A stretch of DNA of 64,000 bases, from positions 62,001-126,000 of the forward strand of contig CBFDEM010000046.1 of the NCBI GenBank assembly GCA_965603825.1, read 5' to 3'. Both the position numbers and the translations under genes were made by a program. The notes beneath the pieces are model-generated. The model saw only the letters and a list, made by a program, of their open reading frames with translations, was not told the origin of the DNA and did not search any database. The stretch is from Blepharisma stoltei ATCC 30299 (lineage: Eukaryota > Protista > Ciliophora). Below, one piece after another: positions 57,068 through 64,000 of the stretch. Numbering within the stretch: position 1 is the first letter of the stretch; each line of letters starts with the position of its first letter.

Positions 57068-59989
57068 CTAAAATATAAAGCATTTTTCTTTATCTTTCCC
57101 ACCCTTAGCGTTTTTCCCAGATCCTTTAGAGCTTTCCTTACTACTCACACTCCCAGTTGTCGCAGTCCTCTGAAGACCCACTTCTCCCTCATTTTGACGC
57201 AAGTTGCTCGTATTCCCAACAGTCACCGCTCTTTGTATCCTATTTTCCATGACATTTTCCACACATGGTGCTTGTGCAGGGGCGCTCTCATAGGTCGGCT
57301 TCTGATTTTGATTTTTTTGTGTTTCTACCTTCATAGCCATTCCAGTCCCGAACACCGAAATTGCTAATTTTTTGGTTTGCATATAATTGCACAAGAAATC
57401 GTCTACGAGGACACTAGTAAATTGTTCCTTATAGTTAAAATTAGGGTGTTCTGAATAGCCAGGAAACACATTAGTTCTACGTATCCCAAGGCCTGGGAAG
57501 TGGTACTCACAATACACGTTATTTGCGTGGGATAAAGGAATATTCCAAGCCTCATGGATTTCGACACGGAAATTTATGAGGGATCCAATAAGTTCTTCAG
57601 GGGTTTCTGGGCCTTCGTCTAGCATGTTGCCGTCTTCGTCTGTAGGGACAATGTTCATTTTAAGAAGTCCTGCGTCTCCTCCGCTTGTACTAATTATAAG
57701 AATGTTAAAAGGGTTATCAAATAGCAACCCAAGGGGTTTTAAAGAATAATAGCCTTTTCCAAGTATATTTTCTTCTGGAGGATCCCATAGTGGATCTTCT
57801 TCAGGAGACGGATCAGTTTGTTCGTCTAGCATTTCTCTGAGCATACAAAGCCTGTCTTCGAATTTTTCTACATCCCATAGCCAAATCAAGCCATAATCTT
57901 GGTTTTGTACTTCGACTTTAAGTTCTTTTTCCCAATAATCAGGCTCCAAATCTTCTTCTTTTTCGACCTCATCAGGAAGAAGATTGATGATTTTTACATT
58001 GAATTTTACATGTCGGCTTAAATCTGTCGCTATTAAATTGGCTTCGTTTACAAGTGGGAAAAGTTTGGCAAGCCTGGAATGAAGCTGGCGTTTTTTACTG
58101 ATTGGCTCAGGTTCTGGAGGGACTTCAAGGGCTAAAGCAGGCTCTTGTGGAGGCTCAGCTGAATTTTCATGGTTTTCAGGGTGGGTTTCTGGCTCAGTCA
58201 CAATGTCATTTTTAGGCTCTTCATGAGGAATTGAAGCAGTTTTTGTTAGAATTGGGGTTGGAGGCTGTGGAGGCAGCTGTGGTATTTCTTTTTCCAGCTC
58301 TAATTGTTGGGCTTCGTTTTTCTCCTCCATTGCGAATTCGTAGTCAATATCATTTTCTTTGTATTTTGAGTCTTCTCCAGGTCTTTTGAATAAGTAAATT
58401 TGATTTGTCCCTATGATGATTCTGTCCAGGTGCTTAAGAATAACTTTTTCATAAACTTTTTGACCGTTTACATATAAAAATTCACTGCAAGAGGGTTCTA
58501 TAGGCTCCAACGTGATATTTTCATTTTCATCTTTATTAAAAGTACAATGCCTCGGCCTAACACTAGAATTCGCAATAATTATATCTGGCTTAGGGTTTCC
58601 AGTTTTCCTACCCACAACCAATGGTACATTATCAAAATTATATACAACTTTTCCAGAGAGCAAATGATCTTCATTAAGATTCGTAATATGAGGCCCAGAT
58701 CTGTCAATTTCTGGCTCAAAGTCTTCTTGAATAGCTTCTCTTTGCTGCTGCCAGCTCATGCTTTGTGCAGTTGAAAATTTCTCATTTGCTTCTAGCATTT
58801 CTCTAAGCTCCCTTAATCTTTCAATTCCTCCTGCTTCTTCAATTAAAGATTTTAACTCTTCATTTTCTTTAGTAAGTTCTCTGATGATTTTTTCTTCTGG
58901 AGACTCATTAACAACTGCATGATTTTTTATTTTTTTTGCTCTATCAGCGTACCTAAGAGTGGACAGTGTTTCTTCATAATTTACAGTGGCAGGTGAAAGT
59001 GCGCAAACCATGACAGTTTTACTGTTCCCTCCCAAGGCATTTTGCAAAATTCTTGTGAGTGCTGAATCTCTGTACGGGATCACAATACCTTTTTTATTGT
59101 CTTTTCCGGACGATTTTTCGGCTAAAGCTTCAATAACTGACCCTAATACGACCAAAGATTTATTAATAGCGCAGCCTTCTTTAAGCCTTTCTCCAGTAGC
59201 TCCTGTTTGGCCAGCTTTTTCGCTGCCTGCTAAATCAACCAGATTAATAACAGAAACTTTTCCTGTTTTTGTGTCATTATTAATCAGAATTTGCTTAAAC
59301 TCTATAGTAAAAATTGTATGAGCTCGGCTGCTTGTAGCATTCATCTGTGTTGATCCAATTGACCTATTTGTGTTTCCTTTTTCCATCAATTTTTCAATTT
59401 CCGCATATGAGCTGACAGGGTGTTTTGATAAATTTTCGACAAAAACCCCAGTGACTTTGCTTTCTCTGATTTTGAGGCCTCCTTGTGGTCTTTGGTTTAC
59501 AGGGATTAGCAAATCCTGTACTTTTTCATTATAAATTTCAAGCATACTTACCATAACTTCAAACATCAAATTCGGGTTCGGATTTTGGTTAATTCTGATA
59601 AAGATTTCTTCTGAACTCACTGGGATGATGCCTTTATTAGCTCCATATCCTACCATAGAATAGGATTTTCCTGAGCCAGTTTGTCCATATGCAAAAAGGC
59701 AACAATTGTAACCTTCCCAAGCGTTGTTTAAAACTTGTTCTCCAAGCTCATGGTACACTATTTGTTGGTCTGCATATCGGTCGTCAGCTCTGAGCAGGTA
59801 GCCATCTTCTCTTTCTGTGAAGCCATCGTGGGACCAAAAGGAATAATCAAATGAAAAATCTCTAGGATTGCCAGTTTTTGGGTCAGTAATTATAGTGGTT
59901 TGACCATCCATTTTGATACAAAGCTGAGCGCCTAAGTCCTTTTCTCTAGTATTGAAAGGCCGCACCCTGACAGCAACTTTTACACTCAT
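57068..59989 (-). CDS. Kinesin-3 (KIF28-like) motor + FHA + C2-like tail with CaaX end, 973 aa
   Basis: VKVAVRVRPFN, FDYSFWSHD, GQTGSGKS, SSRAH, LVDLAGSE, IPYRDS; PHITNLNED; FHA GR..H..VNG..LKHLDRIIIG; ends CFIF. Confidence 0.95.
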   Translation of the reverse strand: MSVKVAVRVRPFNTREKDLGAQLCIKMDGQTTIITDPKTGNPRDFSFDYSFWSHDGFTEREDGYLLRADDRYADQQIVYHELGEQVLNNAWEGYNCCLFAYGQTGSGKSYSMVGYGANKGIIPVSSEEIFIRINQNPNPNLMFEVMVSMLEIYNEKVQDLLIPVNQRPQGGLKIRESKVTGVFVENLSKHPVSSYAEIEKLMEKGNTNRSIGSTQMNATSSRAHTIFTIEFKQILINNDTKTGKVSVINLVDLAGSEKAGQTGATGERLKEGCAINKSLVVLGSVIEALAEKSSGKDNKKGIVIPYRDSALTRILQNALGGNSKTVMVCALSPATVNYEETLSTLRYADRAKKIKNHAVVNESPEEKIIRELTKENEELKSLIEEAGGIERLRELREMLEANEKFSTAQSMSWQQQREAIQEDFEPEIDRSGPHITNLNEDHLLSGKVVYNFDNVPLVVGRKTGNPKPDIIIANSSVRPRHCTFNKDENENITLEPIEPSCSEFLYVNGQKVYEKVILKHLDRIIIGTNQIYLFKRPGEDSKYKENDIDYEFAMEEKNEAQQLELEKEIPQLPPQPPTPILTKTASIPHEEPKNDIVTEPETHPENHENSAEPPQEPALALEVPPEPEPISKKRQLHSRLAKLFPLVNEANLIATDLSRHVKFNVKIINLLPDEVEKEEDLEPDYWEKELKVEVQNQDYGLIWLWDVEKFEDRLCMLREMLDEQTDPSPEEDPLWDPPEENILGKGYYSLKPLGLLFDNPFNILIISTSGGDAGLLKMNIVPTDEDGNMLDEGPETPEELIGSLINFRVEIHEAWNIPLSHANNVYCEYHFPGLGIRRTNVFPGYSEHPNFNYKEQFTSVLVDDFLCNYMQTKKLAISVFGTGMAMKVETQKNQNQKPTYESAPAQAPCVENVMENRIQRAVTVGNTSNLRQNEGEVGLQRTATTGSVSSKESSKGSGKNAKGGKDKEKCFIF

Positions 59990-60179
59990 ATTTATTATAA
60001 GTAAAACTTTTCTATTCTTAATTCTGTTGAATTTCTAAAATTGCTTTTTGAAGCAATTACAGGATTTTGATATAAAAATTGTATTAGAGGCCCTTAAAGA
60101 TCATTATTTTAATTAAATTGTGCTGTAATATACTTAAAATTGCTTTAAAATCCAATATGAAGTGATTTTGAAATTAATT

Positions 60180-60818
60180 TTAATTTCCCCAGTAAGCTTT
60201 TGTTGCATTAAATTTCAATCTTGGCATTGAAAGATAGTCATCCATGTGAGCTAATTCTCTGAAGTGGGATTTATAAGCTTGGAAGTTAGGAGATATATTT
60301 GCTAAATAGTCTTGGCTAAAAGCCTCAATTCTTTCAAAAAGCTCATGTGCGTAAAAATCTACAAAGGTTGGCTGATTTCCATTGAAAAATCTTTTTCCTT
60401 CTAAATATCTACCGACTTTGTCTAAAACTTCTCTCTTGCTGTCAAGAGCTTCAAGAATTTTTGCAATTGCATCTGGGTCATAAGCTGCAACAGTAATCGG
60501 TATAAAAATATCTCTAAGGACTCCATAAATCATATTGACATAAGCTTGCTCAATTATAGTATTTCCAAGATAAGCTGAGTTGTATTTTAAAGCTATATAC
60601 ACAAAAATTGCATAGCTTTCAGTCAGCTTTATATCATCATCAATAAAATAAGGAAGATTTGGAAATTCAAAGCCAAGCTGATATTTATCTTTGGCAATCC
60701 AATCATCTCCTATCAAATACTGCTTATCTTCAAAATCAACCTCTAGATGATAAAGCATCATTCTTATAGACTCGCCTAAACTTCTGACACTTCAATATCC
60801 AAAAATCGGTTTTTGCAT
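60180..60818 (-). CDS. Mu-class-like glutathione S-transferase, 212 aa
   Basis: MQKPIFGY[W]SVRSLGESIRMML (TGA at the conserved GYW); FPNLPYFID..KLTES; PTFVDF. Confidence 0.93.
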
Positions 60819-60939
60819 TTTTATTTATTAAATAATCCAATTTTCTCTTCCAAAAGTTAATAAAACTTCCTTAGTTTATTTTATATTCTATCTCATAAAA
60901 AGAGAAGTTACTTTTCAATGCATAAAAGCAATAGTAAAT

Positions 60940-61982
60940 ATGGAAGATATTGAAGAAACCATCGAGCGCCGAAGACTTGATATTGAAAAAGAATGCCAGT
61001 CTAAAAAGATTGATCTCACCGCAATGGGTTTAGATGATTTAGATGCCCTTACTGTTGCAATTAGCATATTTAAAAGAAGTGATGAGATTGAAACTATTTA
61101 TTTAGGCTCAAATTCTATAGGAGATGAAGGCCTGGATGCAATTGCAAATTCTCTTTCTAAGCATCCAGAGCTGAAACATCTGTATCTAGGAAGCAATTTG
61201 TTTAGAGAGTCAGGACTCAATGCAATTGCCAATGTGATGCCTGATCTTATTAATTTGCAGACCTTAAGTTTAGGTGGGGCACAGATTGATGATAATCTCT
61301 GTACAAGTTTGGCGAGTTCTTTAATGGCGATGGAGTCATGCTCTCTTCGTTATCTTTTTCTAAATGGGAATAGGATTGGAGATGAAGGCTTATTATCTTT
61401 GATGTATATATTGATATAGAGTTGCCTTAACAAGCGAGAAATTCCATCTAGAGACTTTACATTTAGGAGACAATGAGTTTACTTCAAGCGGCTTAAAAAT
61501 TTTGGCAGAGTTCATTGAAAATGATACTTCTTTGGTAAAATTGTTCTTAAATGATAACGATTTTGAAGGAGATGGCCTTGGAGATTTAAGTGAAGCATTG
61601 TGTGCGAATAGAAACTTAAAGTTTATAAGCCTAGCGAACTGCGGGATTACTGATGAAAATTTTAAGCCAATATTAGCTTGTTTAAGTGTCAATGAAACCT
61701 TGGAGTCATTACACATATGGAATAATTTGTTAACTCAAGAGTCTGCTGAACTTATTTTAGAAGTATTAAGAAGACATAATAACACCTTGACTGATTTACA
61801 AATATTCGGAAATCAAATAGAAGATTATGAAAGCTATAAAGAGGTAGATTGATAATTAGGAATTAAATGAAGCATTAGCGAAAAATCAAGCCTTGGTGAG
61901 AGGAGGGGAAATTGATGAAGAAGAGGAAAAAGAATTCGCAGAAATAATTGAAAGCCAATCTGAAGAAAGCCATCCAGTTTAA
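60940..61982 (+). CDS. RNI-like LRR protein, 336 aa; two 16-nt introns
   Basis: LxxLxLxxNxIGDEG repeats continue across introns 61404-61419 and 61844-61859. Confidence 0.85.
61404..61419 (+). other. 16-nt intron GTATATATTGATATAG
   Basis: Supplies the needed frame change and restores LETLHLGDNEF. Confidence 0.85.
61844..61859 (+). other. 16-nt intron GTAGATTGATAATTAG
   Basis: Removal gives YKEELNEALAKN and an acidic tail to TAA at 61982. Confidence 0.8.
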
Positions 61983-62330
61983 GGTAATAACAAATTAGAG
62001 TAGTAAATTTAATTAAATCAGATATAATTTATGTTTCTTGATTTTGATTTTGTGAATCCTTTAGATACAATATACCATCTTTCTCAATAAATTTAACGAA
62101 CTTCTGAATTGCCGTTAAATATTCAATCATTCATTTTTTTTATCTGATGATATCATTATTTTCCTTAGAACTTCAAATTTTAGATACTAGCTTCAGGATT
62201 TGATAAAGTACTGAAAATTTCAATTAAAAATCAATATACCGCCTTTTCTCTATCTGTTTCTCGTCTTTATATATTTCAATTTATTTAAATCTCTCCATAT
62301 TTAAAATGTTTATAAGTTTATCAATTATTA

Positions 62331-64000
62331 TTAGTTCACATAAAGTATTTCAACAACCTCAGCTACGAGCTGCTCAAGCATCATATCAGCAAGATCCAGC
62401 TTTACTTGGGTTTCTTCGAATTCATAATCAACCCACTGTTGATCATTTTCCATGACTTCTAATGTCAACAGCCTAGCTAGCTTTTCTTCACGGATTTTTC
62501 GTAAAATTTCTTCTTCTGTGCTGACACTGGCGTTTAGGTCGAATTCTGGGATTGTGCCTGCTCGTATTTTGCTGCACTCCAATATATTGTCTCTGACTTG
62601 GCTAAATATTTCATATATATTTAATATATTTGAAGTACTTGGACTTCGGTTACTCCATGGCATAGGCACACCTTTTTCTCCATTTTTTCTGTATTGTTGC
62701 AAATTCTCATTAATGGCATCAAAAATCATTTTATTGTGTATAGATTCAGCTTCTGCAAGGGCATCAGGTTTTGCTTCTTTTTCTAATTTATCATAGAAGT
62801 TTGGCGATAAAACAGGATCTGCTGGAGGATCAGGGATTATGGCAGTCCCAATTTCATTTTCTTGCATCTTGGAAAGCTGATCTAAAGGATTTCTGCATAT
62901 AGGTGTTAATAAGCTCTCTTGGGCTATTTCAGGGCTTTGCAATACAAAATTTAATAATTTTTCTGTATATTGCCTCACAGCATTTTCATCTGTATTTGAT
63001 ATCACTTTAGGGCTTTCCACAGAGATATCTATAATTGGCATTTCATATGGTCTGCAATGTCTTACTTCTTCTACAATTAAATCAAAAATAATGAAATCTG
63101 TTATTTTTACCAAGAAATCAGGAGAAATCAGCAGCTGCTTTATAGTTTCATAAACAAATTCAGACAAAATCCCGTTATACATATTTTCCAGTGCATCAGA
63201 AATAAGCATTTCTTCACATTGAGCTTCATCAAATGGTCTTGCGATTTTTTCTTGGAATTTTTCCATATCAATTAAACATTCAAGGTCTGGGTTTTCTATT
63301 GACGGTTCTTCTGGGATATTACAATTCGAATTTTCAGGTGAGCTTCATTCCTGTATCAGAATTGCTGAATTTTTATTAATAGGAGAGCTGTTTTTTGAAT
63401 GAGACTCATTATCGCTTAATAAATAAGGCGTTCCTCCTGGCTCTACTATTAAATTTGGCCTAGGGCTTGCTTCATATTCAATTAAGCTTGAACTGTCATT
63501 TTTTTCACTTGAGGATTCTTTGGAGTTTTCTGTGTTTAAATCTAAGCCTTCTTCAAAACTTTTAGAGATTTCTTGAGCATTTTTTTCAGCTGAGGACTGG
63601 ATCTCAGCGTCTCCTTGGAAGGATTTGAACGATTGTGAGCTTTCTTCAGAAAATTCGCAAATAATTGGTTCTGAATCTATAGAGATGCTATTCTCAAGCT
63701 CAGGGCTCAGGAATTTTTCGACTTGTAATGCATTAAATTCTGGGGAATCCCGTTCTTCTGCTATTACATTTTTTATTTCATGGAATATAGAATCAATAAA
63801 CTTGGAATCCTGCCCAATTGGAGATTTATCAGGTATAGGAAATTGCAATGCTTTTATTTGCTCAATAAAGCTATTCGAAATATCAGCCGGCTTTTTACTT
63901 TGGCAAGGAGACAGCTCGTCGATATCAATTGATTTTTTTTCTTCTTTGTTTTCTTCAGTCTCATTATTTTCAATATCAAGCTCGCTTACCCTTACACTTT
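62331..64000 (-). CDS. DUF4378 (CEP350/TRM-like) protein, 5' partial; paralog of 37536-40817
   Basis: Open to the window edge via TGA at 63345; IHNKMIFDAINE.L, PMPWSN, WVDYEFEETQVKLDLAD. Confidence 0.8.

Larger units (their letters stand above)
53361..60700. repeat. Direct tandem segmental duplication (~53361-57000 and ~57001-60700)
   Basis: Both units carry kinesin + spacer + 3' part of GST; junction near 57000 where GST-internal ATATTTATCTTTGG.AATC abuts the kinesin 3' flank. Confidence 0.9.

Noticed and set aside
4475-62796. Numerous 60-130 aa ORFs nested in or antisense to real genes (e.g. 6464, 7543, 10292, 27039, 39394, 44868, 55347, 58986, 62452)
   Set aside because: Shadow ORFs of well-supported CDSs
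1-64000. Prokaryotic elements (CRISPR arrays, operons, IS elements), tRNA and rRNA genes
   Set aside because: The sequence is eukaryotic, and I saw no repeat-spacer array, cloverleaf or rRNA signature

Overview
Gene-dense, AT-rich eukaryotic DNA, almost certainly from the macronuclear genome of a heterotrich ciliate of the Blepharisma type. Two properties explain why the supplied ORF track is fragmented. (1) TGA is read as Trp: it falls at conserved Trp positions in many families, and every gene I traced ends in TAA or TAG. (2) Spliceosomal introns are only 15-16 nt (GTA...A.....AG, with an A six bases from the 3' end). Re-reading with these rules gives about 40 genes. They include an AGC kinase, ODA-docking-like protein, purple acid phosphatase, RBR-like zinc-finger protein, SKP1, WDR26/GID7, MORN protein, TPGS1, two myristoylated calmodulin-like proteins, an MFS sugar porter, a 2311-aa BEACH protein, NF-YA, a C2-C2 protein, kynurenine aminotransferase, a SENP-like pseudoprotease, NDUFA9, an Rdx-PEGA-WW fusion, two DUF4378 proteins, a SHIPPO protein, an LRR-ankyrin protein, FAM136-like protein, C2H2 zinc finger, CKK protein, TPR-SET, kinesin-3, mu-class GST and an LRR protein. 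The most interesting observations are: a ~510-nt GC-rich, helix-rich intergenic island at 33.7-34.2 kb that looks like an unidentified structured ncRNA; a ~3.6-kb tandem duplication in which the kinesin copy lost its motor while the CaaX-ending tail appears to remain under purifying selection; and several small or unusual genes invisible to standard-code ORF calling. All family assignments are by eye, with no database searches run.
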